The notes beneath the pieces were generated by a model. The model was not told the origin of the DNA. It saw only the letters and a program-made list of their open reading frames with translations, and ran no database searches. Position numbers and translations under genes: made by a program. Shown piece after piece: positions 37,776 to 46,920 of a stretch of DNA of 46,920 nt; within the stretch, counting starts at the first letter, position 1, and every line of letters begins with the position of its first letter. The stretch comes from Methanobacteriota archaeon (GTDB taxonomy: Archaea; Thermoplasmatota; Poseidoniia; Poseidoniales; Poseidoniaceae). Location of the stretch: positions 1 to 46,920 of the forward strand of contig JAACCR010000065.1 of the NCBI GenBank assembly GCA_009937205.1. Direction: 5' to 3'.

Positions 37776-37947
37776 GCTACGGGGAGTAACAACTGCTTCA
37801 ATTAATTTGTTGAGTGATGTATAAGAATAATCCCAAACTGTCATAATATACTTAAAATATGGTTGAATCTCTATTACTGTGTCTGATGAGATTGAAACAA
37901 TACTGCCATAGGTTCATCTCTATGGTGTATATGCGGGCGTCATAGGG

Positions 37948-39345
37948 GTGTTGAGATTGTCACGTGATTACATTGCAAGAGACCCTCGAACCGGATTACC
38001 CATCAATGTGGGTAGTGGGAAAAAAACCAAGACTAAGGCTACTGCCAAGACCGAAAGAGGTCCATGGCAAGGTTTGCGAAAACAGGATATTATCCCGTTG
38101 GCTAAAGGAGAAATTGAATCAGCAAAGTCTGTTTGGACCGAGAGAGATTATCATTTGACGCAAGTTGACGGTGTTAGAGCATTACAGAGGCTGAAAGGTT
38201 TTGCTTCAACAGAAGCCCACAAAGTTCTACTATCTTCATTTCAAAGCACCGATCCTGCTATTCGAGTTGCTGCTTTAGAGGCACTACCCGAAGTTGCAAT
38301 TCAGAAGTCCGATGAAATGTTTGACTGGTTGAGCGTTCTTCTTGATGATGAGAATATTGACGTTAGTAAGGCAGCTAGTAAAGCGCTCGCAATATCTGCC
38401 CCAGTCTTCCCTTCTGGTATTGAATCAATACTAATAAATGAGTTGCGTTCTCCTATAAAGTTCCGGCAAGATAATGCTTGGGATGCATTGAAAGGCCTAG
38501 CGGATACTTGGCCGGAAGTTGTTTGTTTACACATTGATAGTTTGTTACTTGAGCCTGATAAAGAATACAGAATAAAGGCTGCTAAATTACTGAGAAAGGT
38601 ACTGCGCAAAGGTGGTTCTTCAGCCTGGGATTTAGTTTCCTGGGCACTGAATGATGAAAGTGATGAAGTTCGCAGAATCGCTGCAAAAACATTGCCAACT
38701 TTGGCTAATAGAGAGCCTCGAGTTGCGACATTATTCGCTGAACGGGCAATGGTAGATGTCGATTCGGAAGTACGTATTTCAGCAATCAAAGCAATTCAAA
38801 AACTGGATAAAGACAATGGTAGAGCCCAAGACATTGTACTTTCTGGAACTAGAAGCAAGGATTTGCAAGTTCGCACAGCATGTATCAATTTGCTACCACG
38901 CCTACTAAGTGAAGACGTGTTGCGGGTGACAGCAGATGAATTGCTTCGCACTGAGACTGATATTGGACTCATTAAAAGTTTGAAAGAGATGGTATTCGAT
39001 GCAGAAATAGAAGGTACTGAAGCTCAAAAGAATCTTTTCCTTGCGGCTGCAATACCAGTTCCTCAATTGGATCGTGAAATTGCTGAATCACAGGGTAAAA
39101 GGCTCGGATTGGACCCACTCCCTTCAGATAGAAACCGTCCATCAGAAGAAGATATTAGCGAGAAACCGGATCATCTTTTAACAGATACAGAAAGAGTTCA
39201 GAAAATGATTGCAATGAATGAGCAGATAAAGAAAAAGGAAGCCGAAAGGAAAAATGCATATCGTTCATATTCACAAGATGAAGTCTATGGCTATGAGGAT
39301 GATTTTGGCCCTGATTTAGATTCAGATGATGATGCAGATTTCTAG
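37948..39345 (+). CDS. HEAT-repeat protein with basic N-terminus and acidic tail
   Basis: Repeated L.D....VR..AA..L helical units; ends YEDDFGPDLDSDDDADF. Start uncertain (37948-37957). Confidence 0.85.
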   Translation: MLRLSRDYIARDPRTGLPINVGSGKKTKTKATAKTERGPWQGLRKQDIIPLAKGEIESAKSVWTERDYHLTQVDGVRALQRLKGFASTEAHKVLLSSFQSTDPAIRVAALEALPEVAIQKSDEMFDWLSVLLDDENIDVSKAASKALAISAPVFPSGIESILINELRSPIKFRQDNAWDALKGLADTWPEVVCLHIDSLLLEPDKEYRIKAAKLLRKVLRKGGSSAWDLVSWALNDESDEVRRIAAKTLPTLANREPRVATLFAERAMVDVDSEVRISAIKAIQKLDKDNGRAQDIVLSGTRSKDLQVRTACINLLPRLLSEDVLRVTADELLRTETDIGLIKSLKEMVFDAEIEGTEAQKNLFLAAAIPVPQLDREIAESQGKRLGLDPLPSDRNRPSEEDISEKPDHLLTDTERVQKMIAMNEQIKKKEAERKNAYRSYSQDEVYGYEDDFGPDLDSDDDADF

Positions 39346-39454
39346 GTAAAAGTTAAGCATTTTTTGGCTCACAGTGTTTCCTTTCCTCTTTTAAAAATGC
39401 GGCATCATTAAGAGGGGGAGGTCGGTGGGCCGATTACTAAAGAGGTGTGTTATC

Positions 39455-39670
39455 ATGAGTGATTCTCCGTTCAACGACAAAGAAGAGCAATTTGACAGAC
39501 TATGGGATGGTATGACTCCTAAGGGTGTTAACCGAAATAAGTCTTTGAAATTTAGACAATACATTCTTGAGCATGTTCGCCAAACACGCCGCCCAATGAA
39601 CAAAGAAAATGCTTTGAAATATTGGATGGGCGATTTACAAAGAGAAATCGCAGAAGCGGACAATTACTGA
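39455..39670 (+). CDS. Small hypothetical protein
   Basis: 71-aa ORF MSDSPFNDKEEQF... preceded by GAGGTG SD. Confidence 0.75.
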   Translation: MSDSPFNDKEEQFDRLWDGMTPKGVNRNKSLKFRQYILEHVRQTRRPMNKENALKYWMGDLQREIAEADNY

Positions 39671-39733
39671 TTTAGTGTCAAGGTCTCTCATTCCGTAGAG
39701 GGTCCAACCCAATAGAAACGGAGAGTCAATACT

Positions 39734-41149
39734 ATGTTCACAACCACACGCTTCACAGATTGGAATTTACCTCAAGGTATTCTAAATGGAATAGAAGAAC
39801 TTGGCTGGGAGTATTCAACTCCAGTTCAAAAAGACACTATCCCATTGGCTCTTAGTGGCAGAGATGTTATCGGTCAAGCAAGAACAGGTTCAGGTAAAAC
39901 TGGAGCTTTTGGAATTCCAATCATTAGCAAGTGTACTGCAAGTGGTAAACTACAGGCTTTGATATTGACTCCTACAAGGGAATTGGCAAATCAAGTCGCT
40001 GAGGAGATGAAAATAGTCCAAGGAGATTCTGGACTTACAATTCTTACAGTCTATGGTGGAACCGACTTAGAAAAGCAGGCTAGAGCATTACAAGATGGTG
40101 TTGACATTATCGTTGGAACTCCTGGACGAGTAATGGATATGTCCGAACGAGGACATATTGATTTGACAAGTCCAACTTTGTTTTGTCTCGCTGAAGCAGA
40201 TCGTATGCTAGACATGGGATTCTTCCCTGACATCATGTGGGTTGTTGAAAAAATGACTTCTCGCCAGCAAACATTACTATTTTCAGCAACATTTCCTCAA
40301 GAGATAATTGATGAAGCAAATGAATTCATGAATGAACCAGAATTCGTATTGACCAATGTTGAGGAATTAGACATCCCTCCAATTGACATGTATATGGTAA
40401 GTATTGGTCGTGCCAATAAATTGTGGGTTGCAGGGCGTCTTCTAACTAAAAACGAAGATGGGCAATCAATCATCTTCTGCAACACAAAAAGAATGGTTGA
40501 TTTGGCTGTTCAAAGACTTTCCAAGCATGGATTTGATGTTGCAGGATTACATGGAGACTTGAATCAAAACCAAAGAGAGAAGGTTCTAGATAAATTCAAG
40601 GGCGGCCAATTCAAAACAATTGTTGCTACAGATGTTGCATCACGTGGAATAGATGTTGATGGTATTACAATGGTTATCAATTACGATATTCCTAATGATA
40701 TTGATTCGTTTATCCATAGAGTCGGTAGAACCGGTAGAATCGGAAGAAAGGGAGAGGCATGGAGCCTTGTGTCAAGAGATGATTCAGCGCAATTGAATAA
40801 AATTATTGCCACATATGGATTAAACATTATCGAGACTGAAGCACCAGACCTTCCACAAGGTATGGATAGAGATCCAGTCAAAAAGCAAGATGATTACGGA
40901 GAGACTGCCAATGTTTTCGGATTCGTAACTTTGTCTTTGGACATTCCTCAGAAAGTTGCTGGTTCTTCAAGAACAGTTTCAGATTGGTTTGTTAAGGCTT
41001 TAAATTGTAAGGAATTGGAAATAGGCGATGTTTCCTTTGAGGAGCAAAAAACATTTATCAGTATCCATACAAGTAAAATTGGTCTTGCAATCAAAGCTCT
41101 AGAAAAGAGAGAGATGGCTGGACAAATTGTTTCTGTCTCTATTGTTTGA
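39734..41149 (+). CDS. DEAD-box RNA helicase with DbpA-like C-terminal domain; motif II reads AEAD
   Basis: Q motif TPVQ, ARTGSGKT, PTRELA, TPGR, LAEADRMLDMGF, SAT, HRVGRTGR. Confidence 0.95.
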   Translation: MFTTTRFTDWNLPQGILNGIEELGWEYSTPVQKDTIPLALSGRDVIGQARTGSGKTGAFGIPIISKCTASGKLQALILTPTRELANQVAEEMKIVQGDSGLTILTVYGGTDLEKQARALQDGVDIIVGTPGRVMDMSERGHIDLTSPTLFCLAEADRMLDMGFFPDIMWVVEKMTSRQQTLLFSATFPQEIIDEANEFMNEPEFVLTNVEELDIPPIDMYMVSIGRANKLWVAGRLLTKNEDGQSIIFCNTKRMVDLAVQRLSKHGFDVAGLHGDLNQNQREKVLDKFKGGQFKTIVATDVASRGIDVDGITMVINYDIPNDIDSFIHRVGRTGRIGRKGEAWSLVSRDDSAQLNKIIATYGLNIIETEAPDLPQGMDRDPVKKQDDYGETANVFGFVTLSLDIPQKVAGSSRTVSDWFVKALNCKELEIGDVSFEEQKTFISIHTSKIGLAIKALEKREMAGQIVSVSIV

Positions 41150-41235
41150 TTCGCTTAGGTAAATCAAAACATCAGCAGTAGTACGAATCCATATATGAAC
41201 ACAACATAGTAATGGTAAACTCAGATTAGTTTGGA

Positions 41236-42123
41236 TTAAAATCCAAACATTAACAATAGCATCAGCATCAATCCACCTAAAACAATTGGAATTGATACTG
41301 AAGTAATCAATCCATATCCTAATGATTTGTTTCCTCTTGCAAAAGAGATCACAATTGCTACAACTCCTGCTAGTGGCATCAAGCAAAAGAAGGTATCAAC
41401 CATATCTCCTCCGCCACCGGACTCATTTAATTCCATTTCAAGTTCTCTATCCTTAAATTCGAACTCAAATTCTATTTCATCAATACTATGTGAGTCCGTA
41501 CTAAACCAAATGGTTCGATTATGTTGAGTATATTCTCCAACCACTCTACTTTCTCGACCATTATTATTCATTTCAATAATATCTTTATCCCCTTTTGAAT
41601 TGTAATCCCAATCACAATGATACTCATATTCATCTTCCCAATTCATGGAATTGCACCAGTTAACTTCAAATCTACCATTATCTAATATCACATCACTAAA
41701 AGTATGTGTGAAGGTGCCATTATCAGAAGACATTGTAACCATCTCCACACGATGCACATCATCCCATCTAACATCCCAATCTTCATTGGCGATTTCAGAA
41801 AGAGTCGTCAGTAACATCATGATAACAATTGGTGCAAAAAAACCGATTGCGAATTGTTTCCAATTCATTCCGGCCTTTTGTTCAGTCATATCATATCCGG
41901 AAGTAATTGAAGGAGAAGAACCAATGTAGGTACTTTGCGCAGGGTTATTGACTGTTGCAGAAAAGTGAGTTTGTGGTTGCTGTGCGAGGTTACCCATTAT
42001 TTGTCCCTGAGGTACTGATGCCGTTTGTGGTACTGACTGTGTTGGAGTTGTACCTTCTTGGGATTGTGCTGAACCCCAAAAGGGCTCTTGTTGCTCTGGA
42101 GGTGAATTGTCGCCTGTGTCCAT
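41236..42123 (-). CDS. Membrane protein with Q/P-rich N-terminus and acidic extracellular loop
   Basis: Low-complexity N-terminus, one TM, an acidic loop, then two C-terminal TMs. Confidence 0.75.
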   Translation of the reverse strand: MDTGDNSPPEQQEPFWGSAQSQEGTTPTQSVPQTASVPQGQIMGNLAQQPQTHFSATVNNPAQSTYIGSSPSITSGYDMTEQKAGMNWKQFAIGFFAPIVIMMLLTTLSEIANEDWDVRWDDVHRVEMVTMSSDNGTFTHTFSDVILDNGRFEVNWCNSMNWEDEYEYHCDWDYNSKGDKDIIEMNNNGRESRVVGEYTQHNRTIWFSTDSHSIDEIEFEFEFKDRELEMELNESGGGGDMVDTFFCLMPLAGVVAIVISFARGNKSLGYGLITSVSIPIVLGGLMLMLLLMFGF

Positions 42124-42186
42124 GAGAATCCCGTTTGATGGTAGGAGGCGCACTTAATAAGATATATTGAAATATTTATTAGATTT

Positions 42187-43284
42187 TTATTCTTCTTCAC
42201 TAGCGGAGTTACGACGTTTTTTCCAAGATCCCGATTTCTTTAGTGCATCAACTCTTTCCTTTTCTTGGATAGCAGCTTCAAGATTCTGTTCTTTAAGTAA
42301 TTCTAGCCGATCTTGTTCCTTGCCCAACCTCTCAACTTCAGATGGCCATTTACCATCGCTATTTGGCTTTTCAATTGTAAATACAGTCATTACAGCAATG
42401 ACTATTGCCAGTGCAGCAAGCGACCAAGCATAACCAATTGCATCATCCCATCTATCTCTTGCATTCCCGCATTGTGCGCTAACCGAATCCCATAATTCAC
42501 AATCGTCCAATGTTTCTTTTGCCTTCATTGCTTCTTCATTGGAAGTTACATTGTAGGCAGCTGAAATAATGAATATAGCAGCTAAAGTAATTGCAACAAA
42601 ATGCTTGTAATTCCATTTCTTTCTACTAATAATTCTCCACTTGTCGGCACCAGCTAGACTCTTATCCATTGCTCTTGAAGGGCCACCGACCTTCCAAAAC
42701 CAAATTACCCACATTAATACTAATACTAGCAAAAATCCCCATTCATAGACAGCGGTATGGAATTCCCACATGCCATATAGGCAAGATGCTTGGTCAGGGT
42801 TTGCTAAGCAATCTTCTAAAGCGATTGGATAGAAGAGAACTAATCGTGTTAGATTCAGTATGTAGACCAATGTACACATCACTGCAATGGCTTTTATTTT
42901 TATTTTTTGAGAAACACCATCAGTCATTGCTACTAAAGTCGAAATGAAAATCATTTCATGAACTCCAGCACATTCATCTGAAACATAAAGTGATACAGTA
43001 TTCATTGCACCTGGAAAACTTTGATGGTGAAATTCAATACGAGTTAGCCAACCGTTATTTGTTGAAAGTGTGTGTGAGCCAGCACCGAACAATGCATTTC
43101 CAATTTCATTCCATAGCCACGCTTCACTTACTTGAATCGGGCCTAGAGTATCTGTTGGCATTGTTAAAAACCAGTAAAAAGCCTCAACAAATAAAAGAGC
43201 GATGGGGATTTTAGCATATACTAATCCCAATTGAGCAACTTCTTTCCAAGAGAGGTCCTCAGGCGGGGTCGCTGTGCTTCCCAT
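42187..43284 (-). CDS. Exosortase/archaeosortase family protein
   Basis: Multi-TM protein with a Cys-Arg-His triad pattern: VSDECAG, NLTRL, EFH. Start placed at ATG 43284 (TTGAT at -30). Confidence 0.87.
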   Translation of the reverse strand: MGSTATPPEDLSWKEVAQLGLVYAKIPIALLFVEAFYWFLTMPTDTLGPIQVSEAWLWNEIGNALFGAGSHTLSTNNGWLTRIEFHHQSFPGAMNTVSLYVSDECAGVHEMIFISTLVAMTDGVSQKIKIKAIAVMCTLVYILNLTRLVLFYPIALEDCLANPDQASCLYGMWEFHTAVYEWGFLLVLVLMWVIWFWKVGGPSRAMDKSLAGADKWRIISRKKWNYKHFVAITLAAIFIISAAYNVTSNEEAMKAKETLDDCELWDSVSAQCGNARDRWDDAIGYAWSLAALAIVIAVMTVFTIEKPNSDGKWPSEVERLGKEQDRLELLKEQNLEAAIQEKERVDALKKSGSWKKRRNSASEEE

Positions 43285-43394
43285 AAATACAGTCAAACAT
43301 TCATCACACATCAAAGTGAGGTTTGATTCTCAGATGAATTATTGTAATTTCATCCAACGGATGCGTTGAAAACATGAAGTGATATCGGAGTCAT

Positions 43395-43661
43395 GTGGTG
43401 GAAGTCTCACAGGTTAGCGCTGATGCGCAAAATAAGCCTACTCACAGACTTAATGTCATCGGTTTTCATTGTCCCATTCCAGTCGCAGAAGCCAAAAAAG
43501 CATTACTGCAAATGAGCAATGGGGAAATCTTGGAAATATTGTCTGATGATCCAGAAACCTATCATGACATCCCACTTCTTATGATGCGCTCAAACCACAA
43601 CTTATTATCTATAGAGAGCAATGCTGGTGAGTATAAATTCTTGATTGAGGTGAATCAATGA
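43395..43661 (+). CDS. TusA/SirA family sulfur-carrier protein
   Basis: [23 protein letters not shown]...DIP. Confidence 0.9.
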   Translation: MVEVSQVSADAQNKPTHRLNVIGFHCPIPVAEAKKALLQMSNGEILEILSDDPETYHDIPLLMMRSNHNLLSIESNAGEYKFLIEVNQ

Positions 43662-44296
43662 ACGTAAAAAATGATAATGGTTCAATAACACTAATCGAGA
43701 GTGATGATGTACCGAGTGAGGCGAAATTACCTACTGAATTCGGGGAGTTTTTGATAAGAGTATTCCATGAGGAAAGTACTGGTTTAGATCACGTTGCACT
43801 ATCCTTGGGGGATATGCAAGGGCCAGACCCAGTATTGATTAGAGTTCATTCAGAATGCCTAACAGGTGATGCATTTGGTAGTCGTCGTTGCGATTGCGGC
43901 CCTCAATTACAAGCGGCATTACTGGCAATCTCTGAACGTGGGTGGGGCTGTTTGCTATATCTTAGACAAGAAGGTAGAGGAATTGGCCTCCATGCAAAGA
44001 TACAAGCATACCACTTGCAAGATCAAGGTGCTGATACATTGGATGCTAATCTGATGTTAGGATTGCCTATAGATAGCAGGGATTATTCAATTGCTTCAAG
44101 CATGCTTTCAGTTTTGGGTATTAGCGAAGTGAGTTTGCTAACAAATAATCCAAACAAGGTGGAGCAACTTCGCTCTCATCAAATCAACGTAGTTGAAATG
44201 GTTCCATTAATTGTAGGAGTTGGGGAGCATAATCGCGATTATTTGAAAACAAAAGGGCAAAGAATGGGTCATCACATCAGACCTTCAGATTTGTGA
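43658..44296 (+). CDS. ribA: GTP cyclohydrolase II
   Basis: [45 protein letters not shown]...MGH. ATGA overlap with the TusA-family gene. Confidence 0.95.
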   Translation: MNVKNDNGSITLIESDDVPSEAKLPTEFGEFLIRVFHEESTGLDHVALSLGDMQGPDPVLIRVHSECLTGDAFGSRRCDCGPQLQAALLAISERGWGCLLYLRQEGRGIGLHAKIQAYHLQDQGADTLDANLMLGLPIDSRDYSIASSMLSVLGISEVSLLTNNPNKVEQLRSHQINVVEMVPLIVGVGEHNRDYLKTKGQRMGHHIRPSDL

Positions 44297-44340
44297 ATCG
44301 GCTTGAAAATCCTATAGTGGTCACTAATTGCAATAAAGAG

Positions 44341-44413
44341 GGCCGTGGCCGAGAATTGAACTCGGGCTGGCAGAACCACAATCTGCCGTGCTAACCCCTA
44401 CACCACCACAGCC
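44341..44413 (-). tRNA. tRNA-His (GTG) with genome-encoded G-1
   Basis: Reverse complement G-GCTGTGG...GCAGA-TTGTGGT-TCTGC...CCGAG-TTCAATT-CTCGG-CCACGGC-C. Confidence 0.96.
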
Positions 44414-44539
44414 AAGAGGTAGCCTGCCGTCAAGCGCGTGGTATTTCAACAATCCGCCCCCTCATCTTCATTCAGTTTGTGGCTTGCAGTGAATCGGTCA
44501 ACCCCTATGCTCAAGTGCGTTCGCTATTCTGGGTAAGAT

Positions 44540-46920
44540 ATGCGAAGTGGTCTTAAGCCAGCTCTCTTGGTCCTAACAGTACTTGGATTATTGCTAATGG
44601 CGCCATATAACGGCGTTGCAGCAAGAACAATTCACGACGCTCATACTGTAGATTTATTTCCATCTGGTGATTTTTCTGATTCCACTGAATGGGCAGTAGA
44701 TGATACTCTTGCCTATTCTAATAACCCTGCAACATATACTGATACGATGGTTGCAGATAACAAATTATCATTCATTCATCAGAGGCCAATGAATACAGAC
44801 CAATACACATTTTGGGCTCAATCTTCTCCAACAGATTCCAATTCGTCTAGGTATGCTCCAGACATGGCATATTCTTGGAGTAAAGGACCTGAAATAATTG
44901 TCAACGGCTTTGATTTCACTTCATTTAATCAATATGAATTACTGAATGTTGAATTATTATTTAATATTCAGATCCCACAGGCACTTTACCAAGATTCAGT
45001 TCGCATCTCTACTGAATACGATGGTGAAATTGATTTAATTAAGACATTTGCTCATACTACTGGAGATTTAGATTTCATCAATAATACTGCATGGACCTAT
45101 CTTCTTGGCGATGGTGGCAATTATAGTTGGGCAAATTTATCTTCACTATCGGTTACTTTGGATTATGTTTCTGCTGGAACTACAGATGATAGCCAATTGA
45201 ACGTTGATGCGGTAGGATTGCGAATAGAATACCGTTCACCTTGGTATGGTGGAGAAGTTGGCCATGCAAGTTCTACATTTTCAGGTTTTGAAATGCCAAT
45301 TAGTTCTCTTGATTTAACATCAGGTACTTTTGAAAATATTGCATATTCTTCTTGTGGATTGGAGACGAGTATCGAAGGAACTAGCGGAAGTTGGACTAGT
45401 GTTCCTTTTGAAACACCGCCTTCTCAAACAATTGGCCGTATTCATTATGAGTTGATGAATGAATCACTGGATGACGTTATACTTGAATACGCATCTTCTA
45501 GCGATGGCAGCACCTTCACCAATTTCACTGTAATTGATGAAAATACTTTACTTCCGGACATCGCATATGTAAGTATAAGATTGAGCACAATCACATCTTG
45601 TATTACTTCTGTTTCAATCGATATTAACGATCCAACTATTAGTATCGCTGGAAATATTATTGGCGATGTAGATGGATTCAATACTCAGTATACTAGATGG
45701 TTGATTTATGTTGGAGGAGAAGTAGTTTCTAATGAACCAATAACAACAGGTTCGTTTTCATTAAGTTTCCCGATTGGGAAATACATGTCATCGGGAGATA
45801 CTTCTGTAGAAGTTGAAATTAAATCTTGGTTTAACTGGGATTCTGATGGCAGTATTAGTACAACAATAGTTGAAATAAATTCAGTTGTAATCACTGGAGG
45901 ATATGAGTTGGAATGGGATGAAGATCCAGTTTGTATCGCAGTTGGAGACCAAACTATGACCGAAGACAGTGGTGGAATTATTTTACCATTTACCAACCGC
46001 TGCACAGATGATAGAACTGCATTGGATGATTTACAAATAGATATTGTTAACACAAATCCGGATATAGTTACTGTTGATTTCACTCAAGGAGACATTCGTT
46101 TATCACTGGTAAATGACCAATCAGGTCAGGCTGTCATTACTACTACCGTAATAGATGAGGCGGGAAATCTGTGGAGTGAAACATTCACCATCATAATCGA
46201 ATCAGTAGATGATGCACCAGTGATTAATGAATTCCCATCTCTAGTTCCAGTAGAGCACGATATTTTGACACAAGTTGAATTATTATACCACGATACTGAT
46301 TCTTCATCCTTGACCGCTTTTACTAATCGGAGTTGGGCTACCGTCAATTTAGAGCAAGGAATTATCGAAATCACAGCTCCTAATCCAGGATATCATTCGG
46401 TCTTGGTTTCTGTTTGCGATACCACTTCATGCTCTGAACGGGTACTTGATCTAGAAGTTTTAGCATTGCCAGATTTGGTAATTGAGTCAGTAGATATAGG
46501 CGATGAAACAATTAGGGAAGGTGATATTGTTGATGTCCGTATTTACGTCAGAAATATCGGGAGAACGAATGCCAATTTGATTTCAGTTCGCTGTGATGCA
46601 GATAATGTATTGATTGCGATTGCGCAACCGATTTCATTCCTTCAACCGGGTGAATTGGGTGTCGTGACCTGTGAATGGATTGTTCCAGAGGGAGATGGTG
46701 TTGTATTAATCTCAGCCGTAGTTGATAGAGGATTAGAGATCGATGAGGTTTCTGAAGATAATAACCAAGCAGAACTCATTGTTACTATTGAAGAAGCGAT
46801 AAAAGAACAACCTGTTAGTAGCGGCTTACAAATCTCTTCAACGGTAATGACCACTCTAGCAATTGCATCTATTGTTGCCATACTCGGATTGTTTGCCTTA
46901 TTCGCTCCTTCAAAAATAAG
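44540..46920 (+). CDS. Large secreted CARDB-domain surface protein, 3' end runs off the window (absent from ORF track)
   Basis: ATG 44540 gives MRSGLKPALLVLTVLGLLLMAP (signal peptide). The same frame gives VDDAPVI, LPDLVIES...VRNIG...DEVSEDNN (CARDB) and TM TLAIASIVAILGLFALFA at the window end. Confidence 0.85.
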   Translation, partial: MRSGLKPALLVLTVLGLLLMAPYNGVAARTIHDAHTVDLFPSGDFSDSTEWAVDDTLAYSNNPATYTDTMVADNKLSFIHQRPMNTDQYTFWAQSSPTDSNSSRYAPDMAYSWSKGPEIIVNGFDFTSFNQYELLNVELLFNIQIPQALYQDSVRISTEYDGEIDLIKTFAHTTGDLDFINNTAWTYLLGDGGNYSWANLSSLSVTLDYVSAGTTDDSQLNVDAVGLRIEYRSPWYGGEVGHASSTFSGFEMPISSLDLTSGTFENIAYSSCGLETSIEGTSGSWTSVPFETPPSQTIGRIHYELMNESLDDVILEYASSSDGSTFTNFTVIDENTLLPDIAYVSIRLSTITSCITSVSIDINDPTISIAGNIIGDVDGFNTQYTRWLIYVGGEVVSNEPITTGSFSLSFPIGKYMSSGDTSVEVEIKSWFNWDSDGSISTTIVEINSVVITGGYELEWDEDPVCIAVGDQTMTEDSGGIILPFTNRCTDDRTALDDLQIDIVNTNPDIVTVDFTQGDIRLSLVNDQSGQAVITTTVIDEAGNLWSETFTIIIESVDDAPVINEFPSLVPVEHDILTQVELLYHDTDSSSLTAFTNRSWATVNLEQGIIEITAPNPGYHSVLVSVCDTTSCSERVLDLEVLALPDLVIESVDIGDETIREGDIVDVRIYVRNIGRTNANLISVRCDADNVLIAIAQPISFLQPGELGVVTCEWIVPEGDGVVLISAVVDRGLEIDEVSEDNNQAELIVTIEEAIKEQPVSSGLQISSTVMTTLAIASIVAILGLFALFAPSKI

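Noticed and set aside
37879..37947. Possible third read-through stop: GTG-SDEIETILP-TAG in frame with the HEAT-repeat gene
   Set aside because: The sequence after the TAG contains a TTCAT element and an SD-like GGGGTG near the likely start, so it reads as promoter/leader. No family evidence supports an N-terminal extension.
39684..39725. Stem-loop TCCGT/ACGGA with inner GGG/CCC before the DEAD-box gene (possible thermosensor leader)
   Set aside because: Stems are too short to distinguish from chance without comparative data.
1..46920. Genome-wide stop-codon reassignment
   Set aside because: TAG and TGA end many full-length genes at expected positions (e.g. psmB, fttA and asnS with TGA; SSB, HAD and MMPL with TAG).

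Overview
Gene-dense, roughly 40% GC archaeal chromosome segment. The gene set points to Thermoplasmatota, most likely Marine Group II (Poseidoniales); this is inferred from content, not from a database search. Housekeeping genes include psmB-fttA(aCPSF1), asnS, rpoL, truD, EF-1beta, archaeal RNase P RNA and three tRNAs (Pro-TGG, Lys-CTT, His-GTG). Envelope and redox genes include two MMPL/RND transporters, glycosyltransferases, a redoxin-VKOR pair, an exosortase/archaeosortase, a bacterial-type sodN-sodX pair beside tRNA-Lys, and three large CARDB/TM-anchored surface proteins. I found no CRISPR array, integrase or transposase. Best leads: (1) a family of giant surface proteins with different head domains inserted at the same point of a shared scaffold, one insert having foreign-looking codon usage; (2) rlmE interrupted by an in-frame TAG that sits in a 14-bp stem, a DUF2240-like gene interrupted by an in-frame TGA, and a DEAD box reading AEAD (recoding, decay or base-call error); (3) a non-canonical TT[G/C]A[A/T] element about 30 nt upstream of many starts; (4) an arginine-decarboxylase homolog lacking its pyruvoyl site; (5) structured intergenic elements and micro-ORFs below the ORF-track cutoff.
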